IMG/VR virus record: IMGVR_UViG_3300008050_000022
Span: 41,938 to 105,937 of that record
Reading direction: 5' to 3' (one strand)
Origin: a virus
Length of the DNA stretch: 64,000 nt
Position numbers and translations under genes: made by a program. Below are positions 36,857 through 46,351 of the stretch, one piece after another (positions within the stretch are counted from its first letter, which is position 1; each line of letters starts with the position of its first letter). Below the pieces are notes generated by a model, which saw only the letters and a list, made by a program, of their open reading frames with translations, was not told the origin of the DNA and searched no databases.

Positions 36857-37080
36857 CCGCCGTATCGCTGCATCATCCTCTGGGCCTTGAGCTGCCGCCT
36901 CTGCTGCTTCCGCACCCTGTGGCCCACGGAGATGTCCTTAGCTGCCTGCTGCGCTCCTACGGTGCCTACAGCGCCGGCTAGGAGGCCTTGCTGGACCTTG
37001 CTGAAGCGAGCCTCCTTGGTCCACGGGGCGGACTTGCTCACCGCGATCTTGATCATCTCTTCACCGAAAGCACTGAACAT
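36853..37080 (-). CDS. Small basic protein with AFGxExxKIA leader (candidate internal head protein)
   Basis: GGAGG SD before ATG 37080; MFSAFGEEMIKIA...KEA...GLLAGAVGTVGA. Confidence 0.7.
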   Translation of the reverse strand: MFSAFGEEMIKIAVSKSAPWTKEARFSKVQQGLLAGAVGTVGAQQAAKDISVGHRVRKQQRRQLKAQRMMQRYGG

Positions 37081-37084
37081 CTGT

Positions 37085-40000
37085 CTATCCCTCCAAGCCT
37101 CGACCAAGATCGCCGCCTCGGCCTAACAATTCTCTGCGGTACGCCAGAACCTTAGCGCGTCTGGCTTGCCGAGGGTCCATATCCGGATTCAGCTGAATCG
37201 GCGTTCCCATGGAGACCTTGGGCATTCTCTTGTTCGGGTCGTTGATCAACCCTTTCAGTCCGGTTAGCTCTGCTACTGCCCGACTATGGAACCCTTCTTC
37301 CCCTTTGGTCAACGCGCCATCCTTGTCGAACTCGACATGACGGCCCAGCACCTCATCCATCCTAGCAACTGGGCGGAAGGTGTAGTTCTGAATGAACTTG
37401 GTCAGGTCCAGGTGATCTCCTTGAGAGGACTTCAAGTGCCCGTAAACGGTCGCTAGTGCGTCAACTGCCTGAGCAATAGACACACTCTGCTCCACCTTGA
37501 TCTTGACTGCCTCAGACTTCTCCGCCGCCGCCGTACCGTCTGTGGATGGGACAGTGACGTCCACATCCACGTAGACATGGCCCGACCTCAAAGAGCCTAG
37601 ACGATCCGCTTCGCTCAGCTGGAACACCTGATCGTCTACTACCGACCCGGTACCGAATAGCGGCTCGTACACCTTCTTGCCGATCTTGTCGTTGTAGTAC
37701 ACGTCGGAGAACCAGGGAGGGAACAACGCCATCTCTACAGGCGTTTGGATCTTCGTAGTAGCGAAGGCCTCCTTGTCCTCTCTGCTGAACGTGACTCTTT
37801 CCTCAATAATGATGTCGGAGAAGAACACTGCACCGTGATCAGCTGGGTGCTCTTCAGGCACTCCGGCCGGCACGGCGCCCGCACCCCATGATTCTATATA
37901 GGGGCCCACACCCCCAACCGTAACGGAAGTGATCGTCCCTCCATTGATCCCGACCGTATCGAGTAACCGTATCTCTGCGTCCCCCTGCAGATCCTCTAGA
38001 GAGGGGAGTTCTACTGACATTGAGGCGCTGACGGATCTTCCGTACAGGAACTTCGCAGCTTCTGGAGAGTCCGTGATGTTTGACGTGACGTGATCGAAGT
38101 GGGTGATCATGGTCACGCCAGCCAGCGCCCTTTCCCGCGCCCCGATGAAGAGGTTGAGGAACTCATCATCAGATCCGTCAGCCGTTCTATGTGAGCGGGC
38201 CTGCGTGAACGAGACTGACGAGGTCCCTCCGGACTGACTAATGGAGTGGGACAGGGAGCTGACCAGTCCGAGCATGGCAGTAGGCAGGTACGTGATGCCC
38301 CCCTCTAGCTCAAAGCCGGTGACGGACTCCTTAATCTTGCTGAAGACCTGCTGCACGGTCATGTCCCCTGGAGGAGTGAACCCCCTCTGGATCACTACGC
38401 CGGGGAACCCCAAAGCCAGGTACGGGTTGAAGTAGCAGCTCACCTCCATCGATCTAGACGAGAAGCGGTGCCGAAAGAAGTTGAAGTCTGCGACATGCTT
38501 CCTCAGAGCGTCCGCGTCCGAGGAGAGTCCTTGCGCTGCTCGAGCCTCCGTCAACGTCTTGTTGGCGAAGAAGTTGACCTGGCCCATGCGCTCGAAGCGA
38601 GGAACGATTCCTGTGAACCGCTCGTGCTGCATCGTGAAGTTCTTGGTGAGATGGCCGCCTGCCTCAAACTCCTTCCGGAACTCCTCGACCCGGGGGGAGT
38701 AGTTGAAGGACGCTAGTAGGGCGTTCTCCTCCGATCCGAGGATCTCCAGGTTTGTTCGCAGCTGGATGCGAGAGACCTCTCGCATGTACCCACGGGCGTA
38801 GTTCACGCTGAGCTGCTGCTCTGGGAAGATCACGTTGCATCGTGGAGGGGCCACGAACCAGACGTCCGGCCGGATGATCTGCGTGAGCAGGCGCGCTGCT
38901 CGCCTCTTCTCCGCGAAGCTCGAGGCCTCCCTGGTAGGGATGTCAGCCAGTCCGCTGCCCCTGCCCCGCACCAGCTTCGGCACCACTAGAGCCGTGTACT
39001 CATCCGGTGTAGTGAAGGGAGGAGAATCGCGCTTACCCTGCTGCTGTGCGATGACGTCGTCAGGGAATTTCGTATTCCCTGGTTCGTTGACGTAAGCCGG
39101 GTAAAAGACCTTCATCAGGAGACTGCGAAGGCTCCACCCTTCGGCGGGTGGGCGAGCGCCCCTAGTGAAGTACTGGTACATGAGCTCGAAGTGCTCCTCT
39201 GGGGTGAGCTCCAGGATCAGAGTACCGACCTCCCGCCTAGCCCGCTGGGTCTTACCGAGCTGGATATCGAGATCATCCGCACTGTGGCCCCCCTCTATCG
39301 TCCCCTTTTCCCACTTCTTCCTCCAGACGACGTTCCTCTTCTGGAAGTGGCTCACCTTCGCTGCCAGCAAGGGGAGGTCGTACACATTCGCTGGAGTGAA
39401 CTGAATCAGTCCTGTAGCGAAGGTCCCTGGAGGCGGCTCTGTTACGTCCTCCCAGTTCTTTGTGTTCTGGCTGGCGATGTTCCACTCAGACTCTTTTTGG
39501 ATGATGGCTGCCAGGTCGTAAGGATCTGCGCCGATCTTGCGGGCCAAGGCCACGCACCTCTGCGCGAGATCCAGGTTGCACCCACCTATCCGGCCATGAT
39601 GATCAGCGATCTCCCGCGCGGCCAACTCGTCTGACACCGCCGAGGTGGCGACTATCTCATCCGACAGACCCGAAACCCGCTCCCCTAGAATGTATCGCGG
39701 CGTCGGATTGGGGCAGATGTTGTGGTACGTGTGCGAGTTGAAGAGCCCTACGACATCTCGGAAGCTCACGAGATCGCCCATGCCTCCTAGTGAGTTCTCC
39801 AACCACTGGGTAAACGCCTTCGCCTTGAAGAGCTCTCCGGCAGTGACGTCGTCCTCCACTGCCCCGACCTGGTGAGTGTTCTTGACTCGGAGTTCGGCGA
39901 TTGTGTTGTACAGATTCGCCCCAGCCCGAATACCGGGAACCCCTCCCACTGCTTCAAGTGTGTGAATTACTCCTCCTAGAAGTCCTGTGGCGTTCTGCAG

Positions 40001-40519
40001 ATCAGGAGTCAAGGGAGTCTTGGTCAGCATCCCCGCCAGCACTGTGGAGGGGTTGTTCACCACGTCATCGAAGAGGTTGTCACTAGCGCCCAAGTACGCG
40101 GCGGGACGCTCTGCGAGCTTGTCGCTAGACACACTCATCATGTACTGGAAGGTGGTGTCCCAGTAGGAGCTGGTGTCCAAGCACTGGAACGTCACCGACC
40201 TGCTGCCAGGCGACTTGCTCATGCTTACGGAAACGATCTCCCCGCAGAACATGAGTCGATACTGTCCCCGATCCTTGGCCTCTCCCCACTCATCTTCAGG
40301 GATCGTCCACCTAGCCGGACCTGCTCCCTCGTCTAGGTAAAACAGATGAACCAACGTCCTTGGCTTGAGCTCCAGAGCGCGATCAGTCGGAACTACCTGG
40401 ACGTTGGCGGATGCTCCGCTCCCTATGGAGGCGTTGACGGAAGCGCCTACTACAGGAACTTCGATTCCTTCGAGGAACAGCCGCAGGTGGATCTTACGTC
40501 CTTGGCCGTGCGCCGCCAT
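37085..40519 (-). CDS. Baseplate hub-like protein with an inserted lytic transglycosylase (SLT-like) domain
   Basis: LRLFLEGIEVPV N-terminus; LAAIIQKESEWN...ATGLIQFTP catalytic motifs; FNPY...GFPG. Confidence 0.75.
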   Translation of the reverse strand: MAAHGQGRKIHLRLFLEGIEVPVVGASVNASIGSGASANVQVVPTDRALELKPRTLVHLFYLDEGAGPARWTIPEDEWGEAKDRGQYRLMFCGEIVSVSMSKSPGSRSVTFQCLDTSSYWDTTFQYMMSVSSDKLAERPAAYLGASDNLFDDVVNNPSTVLAGMLTKTPLTPDLQNATGLLGGVIHTLEAVGGVPGIRAGANLYNTIAELRVKNTHQVGAVEDDVTAGELFKAKAFTQWLENSLGGMGDLVSFRDVVGLFNSHTYHNICPNPTPRYILGERVSGLSDEIVATSAVSDELAAREIADHHGRIGGCNLDLAQRCVALARKIGADPYDLAAIIQKESEWNIASQNTKNWEDVTEPPPGTFATGLIQFTPANVYDLPLLAAKVSHFQKRNVVWRKKWEKGTIEGGHSADDLDIQLGKTQRARREVGTLILELTPEEHFELMYQYFTRGARPPAEGWSLRSLLMKVFYPAYVNEPGNTKFPDDVIAQQQGKRDSPPFTTPDEYTALVVPKLVRGRGSGLADIPTREASSFAEKRRAARLLTQIIRPDVWFVAPPRCNVIFPEQQLSVNYARGYMREVSRIQLRTNLEILGSEENALLASFNYSPRVEEFRKEFEAGGHLTKNFTMQHERFTGIVPRFERMGQVNFFANKTLTEARAAQGLSSDADALRKHVADFNFFRHRFSSRSMEVSCYFNPYLALGFPGVVIQRGFTPPGDMTVQQVFSKIKESVTGFELEGGITYLPTAMLGLVSSLSHSISQSGGTSSVSFTQARSHRTADGSDDEFLNLFIGARERALAGVTMITHFDHVTSNITDSPEAAKFLYGRSVSASMSVELPSLEDLQGDAEIRLLDTVGINGGTITSVTVGGVGPYIESWGAGAVPAGVPEEHPADHGAVFFSDIIIEERVTFSREDKEAFATTKIQTPVEMALFPPWFSDVYYNDKIGKKVYEPLFGTGSVVDDQVFQLSEADRLGSLRSGHVYVDVDVTVPSTDGTAAAEKSEAVKIKVEQSVSIAQAVDALATVYGHLKSSQGDHLDLTKFIQNYTFRPVARMDEVLGRHVEFDKDGALTKGEEGFHSRAVAELTGLKGLINDPNKRMPKVSMGTPIQLNPDMDPRQARRAKVLAYRRELLGRGGDLGRGLEG

Positions 40520-41790
40520 CAGAGAGCCGGATTAACCGCTGACAGGCCGCCCATGACATTGTCCTCCCTAGGAGCGCCTGTCGTCGTGGGTAGCATCATA
40601 TCTCGAACTACGAAGGCCCCGTGGGTAGGCGGATCATCTACGGACCCGGCGGACATCTCACCGTTGGCTGCAAGCATCTGCCCACCCACCACAGTCATGG
40701 CCCCCTGCAGATTGCCGGACAGGTTCTTCTTCAGAACCCCAAAGCTCTTGTCGTGTACCTCGGTCGGGTTCTCGGGGGTGCTGCCTTGCTGCCTCAGCTC
40801 AGCCCACATTTGATCTTGCCGAGCCGTCGCCTCTGCCTCGGCATCGAACTCCCCTCCTCCTGCCCCGTACACGTACTCATCCACGTTGTCGTAGATGTTG
40901 CTCCTGATGGAGTCCCTGTCTCTTCCCTCGTAGACTGTCCCCGAAACTGGGGGCACGGTGTAGTAGGTGCCGTCGGCGTCCTGGTAGTACTCCTTCTCGG
41001 GATCTGTCCACAGCTGCAGGGCATCCACCTTGTAGGGTTCGTTGAGCGCGTCAGCAATCTCCTGAGTCCGCCTACTCCTGATGTCGGCCACCTTGTCCTC
41101 GGCAGCGCGTAGAGCGGAGTGTCCAGGGAACTCCGCAGCTCCAATGTCGCTGCTGTCGTGGTACCCCGTCACCCACATCGAGAAGTTGAGGGACACCAGG
41201 TTGGGGTTCGCTTCTGCCTGCTGCCCGATCGCGGAGTTCAGCATGTACCCCTCAACGACGATGTCGTCGTAGGAGATGTACAGCCGAGCATTCCGCTCCA
41301 CCAGCTTCGTGCCCCGAAAGATGTTCTCGTAGTTCTCCCACCACTCCGATCGCCAGTTGAAGTCAGCGGTGTTCACCAGCACTCCACTGAACTGCACTAC
41401 TCGAGGTCGCTCCCCAAAGAAGAAGCCGTAGGCCTGGCCGAAGGTCTCCAACAACTGCAGCTTCTCGTCTCTCGATTCGCTGACGGACTGGAGAATGTAG
41501 TTGGCCGACATGTCGGCGCTCTTTGTCTCGTTCGGCGGGGCACTGGAGTTGATGAGTCCTACAGGAGCTCCCCCTGCATCCAGCACCCGCATGGTCGAGT
41601 ACGTGTTCGGCGTCACCTGGATGCCTCGAGTAGGTCTACGGACGTAGAGCCCTCCGTACGAGCTCTCCCCAACGGTCACCTTCCTCCGATACGCGGTTGA
41701 GCGAGTCGTACTGTGCTCCCGACCCACAGTAGCGGCTACCTCCTCCGGCGAAGCGTGGAATACTTCTTCCTCTAAGGTGATGATCGTCAC
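40519..41790 (-). CDS. Tail/baseplate structural protein (tube-initiator-like)
   Basis: LQSVSESRDEKLQLLETFG..YGFFFGERPRVVQFSGVL; lies between the tape-measure-like and hub genes. Confidence 0.6.
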   Translation of the reverse strand: MTIITLEEEVFHASPEEVAATVGREHSTTRSTAYRRKVTVGESSYGGLYVRRPTRGIQVTPNTYSTMRVLDAGGAPVGLINSSAPPNETKSADMSANYILQSVSESRDEKLQLLETFGQAYGFFFGERPRVVQFSGVLVNTADFNWRSEWWENYENIFRGTKLVERNARLYISYDDIVVEGYMLNSAIGQQAEANPNLVSLNFSMWVTGYHDSSDIGAAEFPGHSALRAAEDKVADIRSRRTQEIADALNEPYKVDALQLWTDPEKEYYQDADGTYYTVPPVSGTVYEGRDRDSIRSNIYDNVDEYVYGAGGGEFDAEAEATARQDQMWAELRQQGSTPENPTEVHDKSFGVLKKNLSGNLQGAMTVVGGQMLAANGEMSAGSVDDPPTHGAFVVRDMMLPTTTGAPREDNVMGGLSAVNPAL

Positions 41791-42020
41791 ATTCTCACCC
41801 TTCCGCGTGCCAGCAGGTAGTCCGTGACGTCTCTGCCGTACTCTGGCGTTCCGCCAGAACCTGTCTTGACCTTCGCGGCGTAAGCCTTGATCGCGTTCAC
41901 CATGAAGTCGTCAACGATCGCCTCACTCAGGATGCGGATCCGCTTGATCCGCACACCTCGACCTACCGTGAACTCCTCGACCCTCTCTTCTCGGGATCGG
42001 ATCTCGTCGAACTGACTCAT
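41787..42020 (-). CDS. Small hypothetical protein
   Basis: ATGA/GTGA coupling on both sides. Confidence 0.65.
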   Translation of the reverse strand: MSQFDEIRSREERVEEFTVGRGVRIKRIRILSEAIVDDFMVNAIKAYAAKVKTGSGGTPEYGRDVTDYLLARGRVRM

Positions 42021-45000
42021 GGATGCTTCTCCAGCTCGATGAGCTTCTTGTCGTGCCCCTCCACCACCTTGTCCATAGACTCTATCGCGAGCGTCTGACT
42101 TGTGATCAAGGTGTCCATACCCCCTATCAGACCCTCCATCTTCGTCATGAGGGCCGTCTCTACGTGCATGGAGCGAACACGCGTACCTCCGGATTGTGCG
42201 ATCGAGGCAGCACTGCTCAAGCCGACGCCTCCCGCCGCTACCTCTGCAAGTTCGCTGGGGCTGAGGTCTCCCGATACGGTGTCGGAGATCTTACCTCCCA
42301 ACGCATCGACGAGCCCTTCCTCCACTCCGGCCCTCTCCAGAGCCCCGGTGATGTCGGCTTCATCTGACCCGGGACCTAGAGCAGAGACGGCATCGTAGGC
42401 TTCGAGCTGTGCTTTGAGCGTGGCTCCTGCCCCTCGCCCCAGATTACCGATGGCGCGGAGCATGGCTTTACGCTTCACCTTGTCCGGGGGCAGTGCCGCT
42501 ACGATGTCAGCCAAGAAGTTGGTGGCGTCTCTACCACTGGCCCGCTCTTCAGCGTACTTCACAATAGCGTCCTTGAGATCGCCCTTGACGCGCGAGGTAC
42601 TCTTCAGCGCACCCAACAACTTAGATCCTTCATCTGCTAGGGCGGAGGAGATCCTGGTCCCGCCAACAGCCGTGAGGTACTTGTCCACTCGAGTCAGGTT
42701 CCCACGGATGGCCGCGGCCGAGTTCGGGCTGGCCCGCGACATGCTGACCACCGCAGCGGCCATTGCCTGCGCCTGCTCTCCTCCAGCCTCCCCAAAGACG
42801 GCCGACAATTCGGGGTTGTCTCCGCCTCCGCCGAAGTCCTTCCAGGCGTCTACATCCGTCTCAAGTATGTCCCCCTTCAGGATCCGCATTATGGCTTCCC
42901 GCTTAGCAGGGTCATCCATCATCCGTTCCAGCGTACTGGCCTGTTTGTCAGTCACATCCAGGGAACCTCTCTTATCGCGCTGCATAGCTCCCCAAGAGAG
43001 TCCCCCTGCAGCCCCGAGCCCCATACCCGCCAGAATCCCGGACCCCATCCATGCGAGCGGTGCGGCAACCGCACCAGCGATGCCTCCGAGCGCTATCCCA
43101 CCTGTGTTCATGACTGCCCTCTCAGCCCAGGCCCCCTTCCCCCTGTTGAACAGATCTGACATGGACGCATCTACGCCCCCCTGTGCAAGCTCCTCTAGAG
43201 CATTGGCTCGGAAGGTGCCTCCGCCGAAGTCCTCACGCCCCCCTCCCCGCATGATCGCTGTAACGGCTTCCAGAGCTCGCCCCTTAGACGCAGGATCAAT
43301 GGCGTTCGCCCCGATACGATCTGTGCCGATGTGAGCAAGCCCCGACCCCTCCTTCACGCCTATCTCTCGAATGATCGCAAGCGCCTCGCGCTGTCCAGCG
43401 GTGCGACTCCCCTCCTTGGAGTACATCAGTGCGTCCAAGACCTGCTCTGCGGACTTTTTCTTGTCCCCCTTGATGCCCTTGTCGTACATCAAAGCACCGA
43501 GGCCCCGAGATGCGGTCGTGACTCGGTCCTGGTCAACGTGCTGGAGAACCCCTACTCCAGCCCCCATCCCCGTCTCTCGAGCAACAAGATCCATGATCTT
43601 GTCTACGTTATCTTCAGTGATCTTGACGGATCCTGAGGGAGAGAACGCCTTCATCTGCAAGCGGGTGGCCTCGGAGAAGTTGTCGGTGTCCAGGACCTGA
43701 CCGATCAACGCTCCCCGCATCAAGTCAGACCGCTCCGACTGTGACATGGTTTGGAGTCGCCTCATCTGATCGTCAGAGAGTGATGACGACTCGTATCGGC
43801 CGTAGATCGTGTTGGCAATGCTCTCCACGCCCATCTCGATATCCGTGCCGATGTCTCCACCAACTCCCTTGATCGGGTCGGAAACGCTCTCCTTCCACCC
43901 CTGCTTGATGCGTCTCTTCACCCCTCCCCACGATCGGTAGTGCTCCCGCTCGTACTCTCTGGCCCGGGACTGGATCAGCTGCCGAGCTTCCTGACCCTGC
44001 TCCCGACGAATGTCGTCGTACTCTCCCGACATCTTGACCAGGAACGCTGCCGTCTGACGGTCCACGCCGGCGATCTTGTCCATGACTAGAGTGATCATGT
44101 CGTTCTTATCGGCACCCGGCTCGAGCTTGTCTACGATGCTCCGGACGATCGCCATCATCGCCTCGTTACCCCCACCCTGAGCAAAGTTGCCGGACATTTC
44201 GTGGGACTTGGCCGCGAAGGATGCCTTCCCTCGCACATCTTGAGTTCTCTCTCCTGCTACGGAGAGCATCTTGTCTATGCCCACGCGGCCCGAAAGGATG
44301 TCGTCCATGGCACCGGCGTTCATGCGGCCTGTAAACCGACCGTCCTTCATCTCGCCGGCGTAGATCATTGCAGCTTGGCCAGCCTGCCCTTGCGTGAACT
44401 GCATGGAGGCTTCGCCCAGCCGCTGCCCCATAGCCGCGTATGCGTCAGCCCCCTCCATGCCAGTTGCCTCAATCAGATCCTCGGAGGAGATGACCCCCAT
44501 TCGAGCAGCGGTACCCACTGCAGCAGCGAGTCCGGTATTCAGCCTGGCTCCCGTACCTCTCCGAGCCCCTATTTGGGCAGCCGTAGCAGCTCCAGATCTC
44601 TCGAGCCCCGTGACCTGTTGAGCGCTCAACCCGTGCGTACCCAGTACCTGCCGCTGCAGGGTTCCTCCTAGGACGTCTTGGGCGGTGTACAGGCCCGAGG
44701 AACGCATAGATCCCAGGAGCTCCGCTGCCTCTGTCATTGACGTGCTGAACGTATGAGAGATCTTCTTGACGGAGTCGATCATGCCCTTGAACTTCTTCTC
44801 GAAGTCCTGGGCACTGCGGACGGTCTGCATCATCCCCATGTCGCTCATCGACTGGAAGGTCTGCATGATGTCGTCCATGCCGGTCTGCGAGGTGGTAGCC
44901 ACACTCCGCATGGTCTTAGCGATCTGACTGACGTCCTTCGGGTTGAACCCCTGCCCCGAGAAGGCGTTGGGGTTCGCGAAGGAGTAGTTCTGGGACATCA

Positions 45001-45433
45001 TGTTGCCGACTTGGGCGGTCTCCCGGTACCCCGACACCATCTGGTTGGCTCCGTAAGCCAGAGCACCTACCCCTGCAAAAGCAGGGAGACTGGCAAGGGC
45101 ACCTAGAGAACCTCCTCCCAGTCCTCCCACAGAGCCCATCAGTCCCCTTCCGGTGACTCCGAGACCCATCTTGCCTCCGGCCCAGCCTCCTAGCCCGACC
45201 CCCATCATTCCCATTCCGGCGAACCCTGTGACCTTGTTGGCCAGGTTCAGTGGCGCGGCTGCCGCCGACAACGCGTTGCCAGCTGCCCCTCGACCAAGGC
45301 CGTGAATTCCTGGATGGACGGGCATAGGCATGTGTAGCCCCGCCCCGACGGACTGGGCCATCTGCTGGCCCTGCATCGCCATTTGCTGCTGCTGACCGAT
45401 CAGCGCGGCTGTTTGATCAGATGTCCAGACCAC
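42017..45433 (-). CDS. Tape-measure-like protein
   Basis: 1138 aa, Gly/Ala/Met-rich and helical with glycine-zipper segments; upstream of the hub and baseplate genes. Confidence 0.7.
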   Translation of the reverse strand: MVWTSDQTAALIGQQQQMAMQGQQMAQSVGAGLHMPMPVHPGIHGLGRGAAGNALSAAAAPLNLANKVTGFAGMGMMGVGLGGWAGGKMGLGVTGRGLMGSVGGLGGGSLGALASLPAFAGVGALAYGANQMVSGYRETAQVGNMMSQNYSFANPNAFSGQGFNPKDVSQIAKTMRSVATTSQTGMDDIMQTFQSMSDMGMMQTVRSAQDFEKKFKGMIDSVKKISHTFSTSMTEAAELLGSMRSSGLYTAQDVLGGTLQRQVLGTHGLSAQQVTGLERSGAATAAQIGARRGTGARLNTGLAAAVGTAARMGVISSEDLIEATGMEGADAYAAMGQRLGEASMQFTQGQAGQAAMIYAGEMKDGRFTGRMNAGAMDDILSGRVGIDKMLSVAGERTQDVRGKASFAAKSHEMSGNFAQGGGNEAMMAIVRSIVDKLEPGADKNDMITLVMDKIAGVDRQTAAFLVKMSGEYDDIRREQGQEARQLIQSRAREYEREHYRSWGGVKRRIKQGWKESVSDPIKGVGGDIGTDIEMGVESIANTIYGRYESSSLSDDQMRRLQTMSQSERSDLMRGALIGQVLDTDNFSEATRLQMKAFSPSGSVKITEDNVDKIMDLVARETGMGAGVGVLQHVDQDRVTTASRGLGALMYDKGIKGDKKKSAEQVLDALMYSKEGSRTAGQREALAIIREIGVKEGSGLAHIGTDRIGANAIDPASKGRALEAVTAIMRGGGREDFGGGTFRANALEELAQGGVDASMSDLFNRGKGAWAERAVMNTGGIALGGIAGAVAAPLAWMGSGILAGMGLGAAGGLSWGAMQRDKRGSLDVTDKQASTLERMMDDPAKREAIMRILKGDILETDVDAWKDFGGGGDNPELSAVFGEAGGEQAQAMAAAVVSMSRASPNSAAAIRGNLTRVDKYLTAVGGTRISSALADEGSKLLGALKSTSRVKGDLKDAIVKYAEERASGRDATNFLADIVAALPPDKVKRKAMLRAIGNLGRGAGATLKAQLEAYDAVSALGPGSDEADITGALERAGVEEGLVDALGGKISDTVSGDLSPSELAEVAAGGVGLSSAASIAQSGGTRVRSMHVETALMTKMEGLIGGMDTLITSQTLAIESMDKVVEGHDKKLIELEKHP

Positions 45434-45446
45434 CTACGGCTCCTGG

Positions 45447-45483
45447 TGAAAGAATCGGGGAGGCGCTGGGATAAGACTACTGT
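45447..45483 (+). promoter_or_regulatory. Candidate phage-sigma promoter, copy 1
   Basis: TGAAAGA-N14-GGGATAAG-acta-CTGT; matches copy 2 at 47579. Confidence 0.55.
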
Positions 45484-45755
45484 CTAGATGCAGTCGTGGG
45501 GTCAACAGAGGCACCGTTGGTGACCATGGAGTTGACTCCTTCCCGGGACGACTGACCATCGAGGCAACCCCGAATTTTCTGTACCAGGTACGTCCGTACC
45601 ATGGCGTCTTCGAAGCTCGTCAGAGCGCCGGCGCCCTGAGACCTCAGCCATTCATTTAGCAATTCAGTCTCGGAGTCTAACAGTTCCTTCATCTCCGCCT
45701 GGGAAGAAGGGACGGGGACGCCATCCACTAGAGACAGAGAGAAACGGGACTTCAT
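45477..45755 (-). CDS. Hypothetical protein at the head of the late operon
   Basis: Strong AGGAGG SD; LTSFEDAMVRTYLVQK. Confidence 0.7.
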   Translation of the reverse strand: MKSRFSLSLVDGVPVPSSQAEMKELLDSETELLNEWLRSQGAGALTSFEDAMVRTYLVQKIRGCLDGQSSREGVNSMVTNGASVDPTTASRQ

Positions 45756-45817
45756 GAGGACCTCCTAAGGTCCCGCACGCTACCACGCTGCCCGATCCGG
45801 GCGTAACAAGGAGATGA

Positions 45818-46351
45818 GTGATGCCGAATTGGTGTGAGAACAAGCTGGGGATCAGCGGCCCAGAAGGAGAGTTGAACCTCTTCCTGCTCAGGGCGAAGGG
45901 GGAGGAAGGGAAGCCGCTGAGCTTCCAGAGTCTGTACCCCATGCCTGAAGAGCTGGCGGGCACCTCCAGTCCGGGGGACAGCCCCAACTGGTACGACTGG
46001 AGGGTTCAACACTGGGGGACGAAGTGGGACGTCGGGGACGTGCACGCTGCCGAAGGCTCTGCCACCTCGGTTGAGTTCAGCTTCGACACCGCGTGGGCCC
46101 CTCCCACGGCCCTGATCGAGAAGGTCTCGGAGGACTTCCCAGGTCTCCGATTCCGGCTCGACTACGCGGAGATGGGCATGTGCTTTGCCGGCTTCGAGGA
46201 ACGCCAGGCAGGCGAGCTCCTCGAGGGGTCTCAAGGAACGCCGGAGGACTACGAGTGGAGCAGGAAGCTCATCTGGAACTGGTGCGAGGACTGCGATGAG
46301 GACTACCAGCCCTACGTCAATGGGCACACGTGCGAGAAGGAGGAGAAGTAA
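45818..46351 (+). CDS. YubB/DUF1281-like ferredoxin-fold protein
   Basis: MPNWCENKL.I.G...WYDWR...WGTKWD...FDTAW.PP...Y.E.GM.FAG. Confidence 0.85.
   Translation: MMPNWCENKLGISGPEGELNLFLLRAKGEEGKPLSFQSLYPMPEELAGTSSPGDSPNWYDWRVQHWGTKWDVGDVHAAEGSATSVEFSFDTAWAPPTALIEKVSEDFPGLRFRLDYAEMGMCFAGFEERQAGELLEGSQGTPEDYEWSRKLIWNWCEDCDEDYQPYVNGHTCEKEEK

Noticed and set aside
15687-45433. Bacterial contractile injection system (eCIS/T6SS) rather than a phage tail
   Set aside because: Flanked by phage replication, rII, ligase and endolysin genes, with no host genes or T6SS membrane complex.
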